In this document: positions 26,347 to 41,300 of the stretch, one piece after another
Layout of the letters: the number at the start of each line of letters is the position of its first letter
Position numbering within the stretch: the stretch's first letter is position 1
Assembly (NCBI GenBank): GCA_964540635.1
Contig: CAZINP010000003.1
Coordinates: 43,892 to 107,891 of the forward strand
Origin: an uncultured Gammaproteobacteria bacterium
Lineage (GTDB): Bacteria > Patescibacteriota > Patescibacteriia > Buchananbacterales > UBA6539
Direction of reading: 5' to 3'
DNA: 64,000 bases
The notes under the pieces: generated by a model
Told to the model about the DNA's origin: nothing
Database searches by the model: none
The model's input: only the letters and a program-made list of their open reading frames with translations
Position numbers and translations under genes: made by a program

Positions 26347-29300
26347 ATGAAGCCTAAAACAAAAATAATCACCAAAAAAATTACTGTGCTGGCACTTTTT
26401 GCCATTGCCATTTTTGCGATTGCCCCCGTGGCTTTGGCTGCCGATTTTGGTTTGGGGTATGGGACGAATTTAGGGTTGGGTACTCAGGATTTGCGCGTGA
26501 CGATTATGAGAGTGGTTCAGGTAGCCTTAGGATTTTTAGGTATAATTGCCATCATATTGTTTATGTATGGCGGATGGCTTTATTTGTCTTCGGCCGGCAA
26601 TGAAGAAAAAATCAGCCGAGGCAAGCAAGTTTTAATTAATGCTGTTATTGGTTTGGTTATAATTTTTACTTCATTTGCCATTGTCAGTTTTATTATAAAT
26701 TTCTTGGGATCGGCAACCGGTTCCCAGCCGCCGCAGGGTTTTACATGTACGGCCAATCAATGTGTTTCTTGCGGTGTAAGGTGCAATGATACCGGCGATG
26801 GCTATGTTTCTACAAGTGATTGCTCAACCCAGGAATACTGTTCTGTCCCGCCAAACCCGGCCTGTCCGAAGCCAGATGATATTATTCCGACTATTTGCCG
26901 CATTGAGCCGGTTAGGGGAGTTGGTTTTGGTGGCGTACCTCAAGGTTACGTCGGTGATTTTGTAACAATTGAAGGTTGGTATTTAGGTATTTTTGAGTCG
27001 GGAGTCAGCCGGGTTAAATTTGATGAAACCGAGGCTTCAATTGCCACTTGTGATAACAATCCGATTTGGTATACCAACGCTAATCGCTATAGCATTATCA
27101 GGGCAATTGTCCCTTCAATTGAATTGGGTACGACAAATGTTTTAATTGAAACAAGCGCTTCTCTTACCAGCAATACAAAACCGTTTATAGTAATTGAAGG
27201 AAATCCCGGTCCCGGCTTGGCCTGCTTGATTCCGCCGAACGGAAAGAACAACGACCTTTTAACCAAAGCCGAAGGTGTTCGTTTTGGTGATGATCCGGAT
27301 ATTTTAGGTGGCTTATTCTTTAATGACAATCAAAAATCAACTTTTGTTTCTTGGTCGGATGAGATTATTAGTCAGCCAACAGTTCCGGCGAATGCGGTTT
27401 CCGGTCAGGTTTATGTTAAAGACGCTGACGGCATTCAAAGCAATGGCGTCTGGTTTACGGTTAGTTGTACCGAGAATAGCAGTTGTGCCAGTGGCTGTTG
27501 CAAGAGCTTTATGTGTCAGCCTGATTCGGCTTGCCAATCGGGCGTGGGCGAAAGTTGTGATAACGATATCAACACGACCAATTGTGAGCCCGGATCAAAT
27601 TGTGCCGATGGTTTAGTTTGTAACAGTAATAGTTGTCTTTGTGATTTACCCGGATATGATCAACCGTGTGATACAAATTTAGATTTGCCACTTTGCCAAG
27701 GTGGCAGTTGTGCGGCGGGTTATTATTGCCAAGAATCAACTTGTACCTGTCAGGAGATTCCAACTTACGGCGAGCCGATTATTTACGGCTTTACGCCAAC
27801 GAGCGGCGCAGTTGGGACTTATGTGACAATTTCCGGCGGTAATTTTGGTCCAAATAAAACTTCAGCGGCCGGTCATGTTTATTTTATTGAAGGTGCGAAT
27901 AAGGTTGAAGCCGATTATACATTAATTAAAGAATGCGCCGATACTTTTTGGCACAATACTCAAATCGTCGTTAAGGTGCCGGCCGGTTTAGTTAACGGCA
28001 ATCAATATATTATTGAGGTTGAAAATAGCGAAGGGAAATTTGATACTTCCGGCTTAAACCCCTCCGTCTTTACGGTTGATGAAAATTTAATTCGTCCGAA
28101 TATTTGTAAGATTACTCCAGACAACGGACCTATTTATCAAGATGTAGAAATCTACGGCGAAAATCTTAACCCGAGCGCTGCGCCAGTCAGCAGTGTCATA
28201 TTTTCGTCAAATGTTGTTCAGAGTAATTTCACTTTATCTACCAATGACATCTTTGCTTCTGTTCCGGCCGGGTCAGTTTCCGGTTTGGTAAAAGCTAAAA
28301 ACAGCAAAGACAATGAGAGTAATGGTTTGTATTTTCAGGTCGGTGCTTGCGTAGTTGGCGGTTGTCAGTCCGGCTATGAGTGCTGCCAGGGTGGCAGATA
28401 CAACTTAAGTTGTATGCCCGAAGGCGGTTGTTATGCGGCAGTCAGTAATTCGTCTTATGATTGGACTTTTACCACCGGCGCCAGACCGGGGAATTGTTCA
28501 AATGATTCAGGTATTTGTATTCCCAATAATGATATGTGTTCGGCCGGTTATACTTGCGATACTCAAACTTGTAATTGCACCCCAACCGGCACGTTTAATT
28601 GCAGTAATAAAGCTTATCCGGTTTGCGAGCCAAACAGTGATCTTTGTCCCGATAATCAGTTTTGCGGCGCAACTTGTACTTGTTTAGCTAAGATCCCATG
28701 CGATGGCAATGTCGCCACCCCGGCTTGTCAGCCAAGCGACGACATTTGCCGCAGTGTTGACTCAAGCCTTTCTTGTGACCCAGAGACTTGTTATTGTGAT
28801 ACCGGATTTAGCGCCACAAAGGCAGCTTATGATTGGACTTTTAATTCTTACACCGAAGGTCCGCAAGTGGTTGATGAATGTAATCGTACTCCCGAATGTG
28901 CCAAGGTTTGTGCCAACGACAGATCGATTACCTGTTCTCAAGACAGTGATTGTGGTGCTGACGGGCCGTGCATCAAAGCCTTTTCCAGTCCTTCGCCAAA
29001 GTATAATCGTGACGGTGAGGTTTATGCCAATTCTCAAATCAGCGTTAGTTTTGACCAAGAGATTCTACCAAGCACCGTTAATTCAAATACCATAAAATTG
29101 TATCGTTGCAATCAAGACTCCGGGTTTTTAAGCGCCAGTTGTTCGGTTATAACTGTTAGTAGTTATTTAGTTTTTGATTGGGATTACGGAATAATTGATG
29201 CTAATGGTGTAATCATCAACCCAGTCAACTCATTAGAAGCGGGTTATTGGTATAAAGCGGAAGTAACCGCCGGTGTCATCGGTCGCAACGGGTTTGCTGC

Positions 29301-32300
29301 CGCTCCTTATTCTTGGCTCTTCAAAATAAAAGCCGGAACAGGCAGTGTTGGCTGTGCGACTTGCCAACCGGGTTATGCTACATTATTTGCTCGATATGAC
29401 GGCAACTGCAGTGGAGTGGGTGATCCCGACTGTCAACCTTACCTTGGTCAGGCTTGGGATCAAGATCACGTTTGTGTCATGTTGAAACCTGAAACTTTAA
29501 CCTGGAATTGGAATTTGTTAAATGAAACCGATAAACGAGCTTCAATATTTAACAGAGCAACGTCGCAACCGGCTTATCCAAACGACGAAGATGCTTATCT
29601 TTCAAGTGTGAGCGGCCAGGGCTTTGATGTTATTGATGTTTATGCCAGAAAGGAAACTTTGACTAATCCGGTTAAGGTGGCTACGGAAATTAATGGTTTG
29701 CCGTCTCAAGCCTATCAGTATGGTGAAAATATTTGCGATTTAAGCGTTGATTTATCAACTCCGATTGTTGTTAAGCGCTGGCCGGATTGTAATGGCGCTT
29801 GTACAAACGCTTCTGTTGGGGCGGCTTTTTCCATCCCCATGAATTCAAGCTCAATTACCGCCAGCGGAGCGGTTGTGCTTTATGCTTGTGCGGATAATGC
29901 CAATTGTCGGCCCGGTTATGGTGTTTGCAGTGTTACCGGCAACTACTGTAATGCGGCCAAAGGAACCGGTTGTGGTACGGGTGAGACCTGCCAGGCCCTT
30001 GATTACGATCAAGTAAGTGTCCCGCTAAACTTTAACCAGCTAGGTGCGGTTGTTAATGGTTATGCGAATTCTTATTTGGCTGATTCGCCCTGTTTTGATA
30101 TAAACGCTGACGGAAAAACCGATTATTGTCTTTTACCAAACACCTATTATAGAGTTATTTTACGAAATACGATTGAAGCAACCAATGGTAAAAAATTAGG
30201 TAAATTAAATTATGACGATGCCCTATATAACGGTTTGAGTGAGCTAGGAATTAAAGATTCTTATTCTTGGGTTTTCAGAACTCAGGATAATATGTGCGCC
30301 CCCGGCCGAATTTCAGTTCAGCCGGAAGAAAGACATATGAGTATTTATGAGGTGCAAAAATACGCTTCTTATCCTTACACCTCGCCGGATAGCTGTGATG
30401 CCCAGGGCCAGCCGTTGATTGCCGCAAGTTTCGTCTGGGAATGGCAATCAAAATATTGCCAGATCGCCGATTTGTTTTCATCTTCATATGGTGGTTATTT
30501 AAATACTCACACCTTTTTTGCGGTGCCTCCCGGTTGCACTAAAGTGACCAGCCAGTACGCTACTTTACGCAGCGGTTGCGGTAATGGTGTTGTTGGCTTG
30601 GGTGAAGATTGTGATGATGGCAACATTTTCAATCAAGATGGTTGCAGTTCAACCTGTCTTAACGAAGGTGTTAGTACAATGCCGAATTATAATTTTTCAT
30701 TTGACGGCATTCCAACAATTTCGTCAAACACCAATGAATTTCCATTTGAAAGTACTTCATTTTCTTTGCTTAGAAATTATCCCCTAAATGGCACTGCCAG
30801 ATCGGGTTTTGGTTCAAGTCAAAATTTAGGTGTAAATAATAGTGGTGTTATTTATGCTCAATCAGACAATGGCCGATCCGGCCTAATGAGAGATAATTGG
30901 GTTAGTGCTGATCATTATTTTGTCAGTGCAAACATTAAACTTCCTCAGAATACTGAAAATATAAATGATGTTGGTTTAATTTTTGGCTATCTCAGTAATA
31001 ATAGCAATTATTTTGCTGCAATCTGGTCAAGCCTTGGTTATTCAGCCATGGCTGACTATCAGCAATTAAAGATAATTAAAGCCGCAAGTGGCCTGCCGCA
31101 AAGTGTTGCTAATACGCAAAAGATTCCGGCCGATCAAAATTGGCACGAAATTAAAGTTGAAGTCATTAATTATGATTTTTCAGCGGATATAAAATTATAT
31201 TTTGATGATAATTTGTATTTAACTTACAAATCAAATACTAGGGTTGTGGGTAATGCCGGTATTTATGCTTATGATACTGATGGTCAGGTTTTATTTGATA
31301 ATCTAAAAATTTACGGGGATGATTTGCCGATTTGCGGCAATGGCATTTTAGAGAAGGGCGAAGAGTGCGAAAAAGATCAAGCTGGAAATTTTGGACCTTA
31401 TTGCACCTTGGGTTGCTTAAATAGTGGAAACGCCGCTTCCGGTGCGGTTTGCGGCAATGGCGTGGTTGAGCCGGGCGAAGAATGCGACAATGGCAACGAG
31501 CCTAATAATAATGAGGCTGACGGTTGTACCAATACTTGTATTTTAAGTGGCTTTACTCTTTCAAATATGTGTGGCAACGGCATCGTTGATAAAGGAGAGG
31601 CTTGCGATAACGGTGACTTTACCAGATACACCTGCCTTAATAATCCAAGTCAGGTTTGTGATCCCAATGATGATACGGCCTGTGGTAATCAGAAAGCTCT
31701 TTGCACTAATCGGGCCAAGTCTGGCGATGGGTGCACCGGTTATTATCAAAGCGTCGCTTTTCCGGAGAATATTTCGGGGCACAGTTGCAGCACGATGACT
31801 GAAACTCAATGTAAAACTTTTTCGGAAACATCAAGTGATAATCACGCTAAGTATTGCTATTGGACTGGTACCGAGTGTCGCATTAGGCCTTGTATTTCAG
31901 AAACCAGCACGGCTCAAGGCAACGACCGCTATGACATTTCCATCTGCGGCAATGGATTGGTGGAGGCTGGTGAAGAGTGTGACTATGGTTCTCTTTGCCA
32001 AACGTCTTACGGCGGGGTGGCAAGATGCACTTCATTAAATGCTTCAACGGTTTGCGCTTCGGGTATTTGCGGCCAGGGGGTTTGTCAGGCAAAAACTTCA
32101 ACTGGATATATTACTAATCAATACGTTGCATGTACCGAGGAAAACGCCGGTGATCTTTGCTATTCCGGCTCTTGTGAGTTGCCGGCAAATTCTTATCTGC
32201 CAGGGTGTACTTCAAATTGTTTAAACGCCGGCTCTGTTTCTGATAATCGGTCACACCAAATCGCTCAAGGCTTAGCTGACGGTCAAACCGAGGTCCAAGC

Positions 32301-35300
32301 TTGGACAAGCGAATTTAAGCCCAGTAGCGGCGGTCCGATGGGAATTGGTAAATTATTTGTTGGCGCTTGGGGTCAGCCGGAAGATTTCTATGTCATTGAT
32401 CAATGGCCAAATTGTTTCACGGCCTGCTTAAACGCTGATATTGGCGCCCAATTCAGCCAATATGTTAATACCGCTTCGCTTACTACTTCAGATAATATCA
32501 AGCTTTATGAGTGCCGCACCGATTCGGGTTGCAATTTGGCTAATGCGACCAAAATATCCGGTTTAAGCGTTATCCCATTTACGATTAAGACCAATTCGGA
32601 TAATCGTATTGATGCGGTTCAACTTTTATTGCCAAATTCTTATAATCCGGTTAACCACGATAATAATCCGTCGACCGCCCCAATTCCGGCACTATTGCCT
32701 GATAGTTATTATCGCGTGGTAATAAGCAAAAATGTCAGGACCGATTCCAATCCGCCAAAGAATTTACAGTATTTAAACTTTAACGACCCAACCGTTGGCT
32801 CCGGTACGGAAAATGATTCATACTCATGGGTTTTCAAAACTCAAAACAAAAATAATTTCTGCGCCCTATCCAGTGTAAAGGTTTTGCCGCAAACCTGGCA
32901 GATGTTTACCGGTAACAAGAGACAATTATATTTCTCACGGCCGATAAGTAAGCCGGATGAATGTTCGGTTAATGGTCAACTTTTGAATCCTTTCTATTTT
33001 GATTGGCGCTGGGATGATGTAGAAATGTCTCAAGATAATGGCAACTTTATCAATGGTGCTGATATATTAATTGACACTTTGGATGAGTTTCTTAAAAAAG
33101 TTATAAATGGTGGAACTCTACCGACGACACCCCCAACCGCTGGCGGATACCTTAAGGACGGTTGTGGTAATGGGGTGGTTGAGTTTGGCGAAGATTGCGA
33201 CCCGGGTTTGCAGTCCATTGAGGGTTGTTCCAATACCTGTCAGCACGCCGGCAGTGGCGCCTGTAGCCCGACGGTAAGTACCAATTGTTGCGGCAATTCA
33301 ATTATTGAACCGGGCGAAGAATGTGAACCTTTTGTTAATGGCGGTTTTTGCACCAGCAATGGTTTGCTGTGTGATCCTTTTCTTGATCCAAACTCTTGTC
33401 CTGGGGGTACCTGTTTATATTTATGTGATAGTAGATGTAGGTTTGCCGGCAATACAAATACCCAAGCCAATTGCGGCGACGGCGTGATTTCACCTATCGA
33501 AATTTGCGACGGTAAACTCGGAGATGATAGCGACGGTTGTTCTGATTATTGCCAACCTTCAGGTGCTGTACCCGCAACCGGCTCAACCTGCGGCAATGGG
33601 ATTATTGAAAAAGGAGAAGAATGCGATGGTGGGGAACTTGCTTCGGGCAATATACCTTTAAGTTTTGATGGTAATAATTGTTCGGGAATCAAAAATAAAA
33701 CCGGCGTAAGCGGCGGTTGCACCAATTATTCAACCGAAACTCAATGCCAGTCTTGGAAGGGTTGTTATTGGAGTGGTAATGAATGTAAACATCGGCCTTG
33801 TATTATTGAGAATCGAAATGTCGCCGTCTGTCGGAATAGTGAAAATTTATCCGTTGATTTCAAACAAAATTATAATGCCTGTAAACCGGGTTATACGTCT
33901 ATTTTTCTAAATACTTTGACCGGAACCTCATTAACCAATCGACCGGTTTGCGGCAATGGCGTGGTTGAGCCGGGCGAAGAATGCGATTTGGGCGGCTGGT
34001 GTATTGATGAAGAAACCAATAATTTTAAGACTTGTACAACTTACAATGCAGTCGGTTGTCGCAACAATATCTGCTTAACTTACAGTTACTATTGTTCGGT
34101 TGATGGTTTGCCCATAGATGGTGCTACCACACTTGGCGCCTGCAGTGCCGAAGGTATTTGCGATAGCAATAAAAATTGTGTTGTTGCCGGTCCCGGTGGT
34201 TCAGAAATAGAATATCCCAAGTCAACATGCACGACAATTGGCGCGGCATGCTCTATTTCCGGGACGGGATATGTCAATGGCTGCTCAAGTAATTGTGTGT
34301 ATAATGGTTCGCGTTATGATGATGGCATTAACGATCCGTATCAAATTGTTCAGTCGGTTGGTGTTTTTTCTAACACTGTTTTGACGGAGGTAAATGAAGA
34401 AATTCGCGCTTGGCACGCTTTGCAACCTGATAGAGTCGGGGTGGGCGAATTAACGATTTTGGCCAGCGCCAACGTACCGTTTACGGTTGTTGGCCATCAG
34501 CCAAAAGCAAGGGGTCTTGATCCAACTAATCAGTGCCGTAACGTCGGCATCTGGGCAATTTTGTCCAGACCGCTTGATGCAACATCTGTTACCGCTGAAA
34601 ATTTATATTTGGGCAAGCAAGGTGTTGAGGATAATCTTATCAAGAGCTATTCGGTTTTACCGGTTTCCGGGTCCTGCAATGAAAATCACCGCTGTGTTTA
34701 TCCTGGTGCGGAAGATAGTCCACTGGAAACCAGTTATTGTTATGTAAATTCCGACTGTGTCGGCAGTAAGATTGTAATAAATGAAATTGAAGGTGTTTAT
34801 TTGGATGGTAATTCTTCTTATGTATTACGTTTTAAACAAAGTTTGAAGGCTCAAGACGGCTCAAATTTGCAGGAGTTAAACTATTCAGACCAAGATCTGA
34901 AAAATTATACAATTTGGGGTTTTGATACAAGCGCTGATTTCTGTTCGTGCAATTATGTTGGTGTCAATATATTAAACACCACCGGGCAGGCTTTTACCAC
35001 CAAGGATTATTTCACTTGTGCCGGTGATAATTGCGGGTCAAATACTTATAAAGTTTTATTTGATGACGACTACAAGCCAAAAGCAATGTGTCGTTTGTCC
35101 GGGCAGGAAGCTAAATTTGCTTGTGACACTTCAAAATCTGCTGTTGATCAATGTGGTACCGGTGGCACCTGCAGTCTTTATAGCGCTATGGCCGGCAATC
35201 AGCATTTGTACAATGCCAACTGTTATGATACCGAATATTCGGAAGGCACAGATATTCCGGTTGGTTTGGGAACTGCTTATGATTTTGCTGAAATTGATCC

Positions 35301-38300
35301 GCAAAAATTAATTTATTTAACAGGAGTTGACGAAAAGACCGTTGACTGTACAAATGTTAATGGTCAGTGTTTGGTTACGCCGGGTGATAATCAGGTTCCG
35401 GCCGGAAAAAATGGTGATTCGCAAGTTATGGTTTCGGGCAAACAATATATGGATAATAACAATCAGATTTGTACCCCAACAGAAGCCAATGCTCAAACTT
35501 GCCTATTGCGTCGGTCAGCTCACCAAACCATTGATATCACCAATTTTATTTGTGATAATCCTTGGCCGGCTCTTGGATCTTTCCCGTATACAGACAGTAA
35601 TGCCAGCGGCAACTCGCCGACAAACAGCGTTACGCCATATTATAATTTCACCATGTATTATTGCCGCGATTACGGCAAAGAAGGTTTTGATGACGATTTG
35701 CCGTCGTTAAATATCAATGGGCCGGTTTTTGGCAGCCGCGGTGATGTCCTAAAAGAATTTTTATTCCCGGTTGGAACCGATGTGGTTATTAATGCCCCCG
35801 GTTCACCAAAGAGGGGTGTTGATTTCTTGAGCAATGACTGCACTCAGGCCGGTATGGGTGGTATCGTGCCAAGCAATACCGATGCTTATCGGTGCAATGT
35901 TAATTCCCATTTCCGTTATAAATTTACGGGCGTGGAGAAGGGTTACTATAAATTAGTCTACCAAACTTATAATTACGGTTCGGGCAGCATGAATTCTCTG
36001 GATTTATATGGTTTGAAGATGTGTGATAAAAATAAAAATGGTTATATAAATACCGGCGGGGCAACCGGGGAAACAACTCCTTGCAACACTCAGGCTGATT
36101 GTGCCAGCTTGGGAACGGGCATTGCCTGCTTGCCGGTAACTCAAGAAATTGATGTATATCACGTTAATGTTAACGATACAGTTCCGATTGCAAGAATATC
36201 AGCTATACCGCGCGCATACGACAATATGCAGTCAAATGAAGTGCCGGTGTTATTAGAGGCGGGTGATCACACTTTTAGATTTAGATGGATTAATGATTGG
36301 AATGTAACAGTAGATGGTAAATATTATGATTCTAATTTGATTATCAATAAGGTTTCATTGATTAAAGTTGAAAATGAAGCAACTTCAGATGCAATCGGCT
36401 TAAGAATTTTACCAAATACGCTGCATCTTTCCGCCTCAACTTGGTATAATACCGGCCTTTGCGGCGCCCAAGTTGGCAGTGGTGTAGAGAATATTTGTTA
36501 TAGCAACAATGATTGCGCCGGCATTAATTTGTTTAAGAACGCAAACTTTGAAGATACAACAAAGCCTTGGGTTTATGAATATAACACGCTTTCGCCAAAT
36601 GTTTACCATAATCAGCCCGGTGAAATTATTGCCGGTGGCAGAAGTGGCAAAGCCGATAAACTTGCTGGTCAAAGCACGGTAACAACCTGGGGTTATCAAA
36701 TAAAATATCCTTCCCCGTTTGATTTGCCGGCAGGAAACTACGTCTATTCGGCTTGGATAAAATCACAAGACGGTGGAAAGGTTGGGATCACGGTTCAAGA
36801 AACAACCGGCTGGAGCCATTTATGCAGCAATAAAGATTGCACGATTAGGGGTGATTCAGTCGTCTGTGCCAATACTGATAACGAGTGGCATAAAGTTACT
36901 TGTACTTTTAGTTTGGCAAAAAAGACACAGGTTCAAATGGCCGTTAGAGCCGACGATGAGGCTAAAACCTTTTTGGTTGATGACGTCTCTCTCACGACGG
37001 GTTGCAATTTTAATTTGCCAAGCCGCGGCACAGCCCAACCTTTGACTTTTGACGGATACAACGCCGCTTCAGACGGCAGAAGCTTATACGTTAATGCCAC
37101 TAATTTTAACGGCACCAATTTGTTTTCAAACATTTTCTTATTATCGTATACTCAAAACGCCAGCGAAAGTACGAAGGAAATCTTCAGGCGTTTATCTGAT
37201 CAAACCAATACTTTGGGCGGCTTGAGCTTTAATGCCAATATGACCAGCCATCGCCTTTGCAGTGGCGTTGGTTTGTACGAGAAGACAAGCTTTATTTGTA
37301 ATCAAGTCGGCGTTGCCACCGATTGCCGTGGATATAACAGTCAATCGCTTTGCGAAAGCGAAGCAAACTTAAAGAATGGCTGTTACTGGAGTGAAACCGA
37401 TAAAATTTGCAGCGGCCGCATGTGTTTGCCGATTTATTGTCAAAGTGATAAAGACTGCCCGAATTTAATTTGCGATAATCAAAAGGGCGGAGCAGTCAGG
37501 GATAATTTGCGTTTCGGCAATTTGCGCGATATGCAGCTGACTTTGGAAAGAAGTTATAAATCAAACGGCAGCTATCCTAAGTTATCAGCCGGTACCTATA
37601 TAGCGTCCACTACTTTTGCGGTTTGGCCGTCTTGGCAGGCAACCTTGGGCAGTGGAATCGGCAGCACCTTGCCTTCTGATCCGTTAAATTATTTTACCGG
37701 TTGTGTGGCCAGTTATTGCGACACCAATGAAAACGGTACACTTGAAACCGCTGAAACCACTTCTTGCTTGCCCTATAATGTTACTTCCTGCAATAACAAG
37801 CCTCAAAATTGTTTGCCGACCGAAGTTGATCCGGATAGAGTAAAAACCTGCTGGGACGAAAAGGCTAAAGAATTTTCTTGCCCGCAAGAAATGTACACTT
37901 ATGCTTATCGTTCAAGTGAAGGCGGCAAGGAGTATGAACTTTATACCAATTTTGAATTTATAACTTCCGGCTGGGTGAGTAACGCCACCGGCTATCAATT
38001 GCCTTTTTATGGCACGCAAGAATGCAAGAAATTAAATTTTGAAATACATCAAACCAGAGATAGGGTTTCAACCCCAATTGAAGATTCCAGCTGTGCCATT
38101 AAGCATTGCTGGGGAGCCTCAGGTATTTTAACCGGCTTAAGGGACGGTTGGACCTATGGTCAGAACAACACAAATGATTGCGAAGGTACCAGGCCGGCGT
38201 GTCCAAGCGGTTATCGCTGTACCGGTGATGCTGATTCGGACGGAGTTTGTGATGAAGGCTTGAGTGATAATTGCGCACCTCTTTTGATGTGTTCGGCTAA

Positions 38301-41300
38301 CGCCAAGGATTGCTATAACCCAGATCAGCGCGACAGCAACGGTGATGGTCGCGGCGATGTTTGCGATCAGACATGTTCGGGCGATAAGGATGGCGATACG
38401 ATTTGTGATAACATTGATAATTGTCCGACAGTCAGAAACACCGATCAACTCGATCACGATGGCGACACAATTGGTGATGCCTGCGATCCGTGTACGGATA
38501 TGGATAGTGATGGTTATTGGGATTATAAGACAGCTGCCAATGACGAAAAAGTTTGCCCTCAAGACAATTGTTCCCCGTTCTATAACGGTTATTGCCAGAG
38601 CAGCGCCGGAGATCGAAACGGTCAACGTTGTCATTCAACCTCGGATTGCGTTGCCGGGTTTAATAATACATGTTTTATCCCATTTACCTCTTCCTTTGGT
38701 GTCTCTAATGATCGTCCAAAATATTGCATTAAAACGGTTGACGGTAAAGAGCTTTTTGCTTCAAAGGAAGTTTGTAGTACTGCTTGTCCCACCGGCTATA
38801 CTTGCAAGCAAGCCTTGGACAGTTCAACCAGGTATTTTAATCCGAACCAAGAAGATTATGATAACAGCGGTCGCGGCTATATTTGCAATGATTGTTTGGA
38901 TTATGATCAGGATGGTTTAGGTGATTGGACCTTTTATGCCAAATCAAGCGATGTCGCAACGGCCGTAAATTTAACCTTTGATCAGAAAGAACATTTTGCC
39001 GGTTGCCGAGCCGATCAAAGAGCATTTGTTGGTTTTGGGACACCGTCACCGGCGACAGATTTAGATAATTGTCCGGGTGGGCCTTATTCAAAGAAGTGCT
39101 ATGATAATTTCGGCGTGGAAACCCTCTGCTCAAATCCGCCGACAAATTGGAGTGATGAAAATAATAATAGTTATGTTAACAGCCAAGCCGATATTGATTT
39201 GAATCATTATGGTGATATCTGTGATCCTTCGGGCGACGGCCGCCTTGACCCGGGCGAGGCCTGTGATTGCGGTGATTTAGCCATTTCTCAAGATGAACAA
39301 AATCCGTTCCAATGTACAACTTTAAATGATGTAGAATGTGCGCATTCAGAAAGATATGGTGATTGCTGCAAGTATTGCGCCACTGATTTGGCCACCGGGC
39401 AGCACTACATTGCTCAATCTTGCGGTCCAAGGCTGGGAGACGGCATTGTTAATGGTAGTGAAGAGTGCGATTGCGGCGAGAACCAAATAATTCGCGACAG
39501 CATTACCGATCCGCCTAATATTGACGCTACCGCCACTTCCGGTATTTCGTGTTTGACTTTTGATACGGCCAGAACCCCCAGAACCATTTTTAATGGAATT
39601 GATTGTGGACCGATAACTCAAAACGGGGTGTTTCAGTGGAGCATGGACGGCTATTCCTGTCAGTGGTGCGATATGGGTAGAATCGAAGAAACTACCGGCC
39701 CATATTTTGGTGATGGGATAGTTGACACGGACGTTTCCGGGGGCTTGGAACAGTGCGATTGCGGTGATGCGGCGCCGATTTCTACAGATACCAACAACTC
39801 TTTCTGTGTCTATGGCACATACAATTATTATGGTGAAACCAGGACCGGCAATTATTGGACTTTAACCGAAACTGCTGTTTTATTTAATGAAACAGAGACG
39901 ATTACCAGAAATATTCCTTGTATCTCAAAATGTTCGTCGTTTAACGGCCAACCCTGCACACCACAGGAAAGATGCGATGGTGTTTGCGGGTATTGCCGGG
40001 CTAATGATACTAACACCGGTAGCATAGAAGACTATTCCGGTCATCTGTGCCTGCCGTGTTCATCAGTAGAATGCAATTCAATTTGCATTAACTTACCAAA
40101 TGACGGTTGTTGCCGTGATGGAGAAACAGCTGATAATGAATATGGCTGTCCGTTTAAGGTGGGTGATCAAATTTTAATAAAAACACGAGAAAATAATACT
40201 GCTTGCGGATCAAACGAAGATAAGCCGTGGTGTCACCCTTCAATTTTCTTGAAAGCTAAGACGCGTTTGGCAACCGATCCGGGGATTTTTGGCGACGGTA
40301 CCTCGGCTTCACCATTTTATTTCTTTAAGGTTTTACCTGGAGATGAAGATGACTGTCGAGTGAACAATAATCGAATTCCTGAATTGGGCAGTGACGTAAA
40401 AACCGGGGATTGTATTAAATTTGAAATTACTTCGATTAATGGTAAAAACAAGGTTTCGATTGGTTCGGACGGCTGGATAACGGTTGGGGATAATTTCGCC
40501 AGCTGGGTTATTAACATTGTTGACGGTATGCCGCTGAAGGTTGGTAGTATAATCTCATTGAAACAGGCTGGTCAGAGTGATGATAAATTTTGGTCAACCA
40601 GGTGGAAAAATGTTGTTACGCTTTTTGGCGAGGATACTCCTGTGGGCACGGCAGATAAGGATCAGGACTGGGAAAAATTTAAAATTTGCAATCGTGCAAA
40701 TATTTGTTCAAACCAGGAGCTTATTCAAGAAACGTGTACGCCGCCCGCCACCGGTGAAGTGGATTCGTGTGCAAATAAATATACCGGCTGCCACCGTTGC
40801 GTAGCAATATCTGAAAACTTAAATATTTGTAGTGAGTACAATTATACTTGGAATCCGGACTTAGTTATAACACCAATTTTGCTGTGCTCTGGTGCTAATC
40901 GTGACTATTGTTGTAATGAGTCTTTGTGTAACGGCAATCCTAATGATTCAGCTAAATATGATATTGATTGTGACGGCGTAAAAATAAATGAGCCAATCAG
41001 TTTGAATGCCGTAGTAGAAAGTAATGGTGTTGATGGTTTTGAATTTTTAACCGGTGGAACAAACTCTTCTGATTATGTTCACACGAAAGGAACTGGTGAA
41101 AACCTTACAAATTATAGGTTTGTGGCAGCTATTTCTCGTGCCTGCAGATCCGATCGGGATACTGTCATAAGAATGCCCGGGGCAGGTAATGCCGTTACTG
41201 GTGGTGGGGACGATAATATTCGTGACGGGGACTGCATTTCGCTTGAAGCTAATGCCGGCGCCTTGGTTATGAACGATGAAAGCTTTTGGAATAATAAAAA

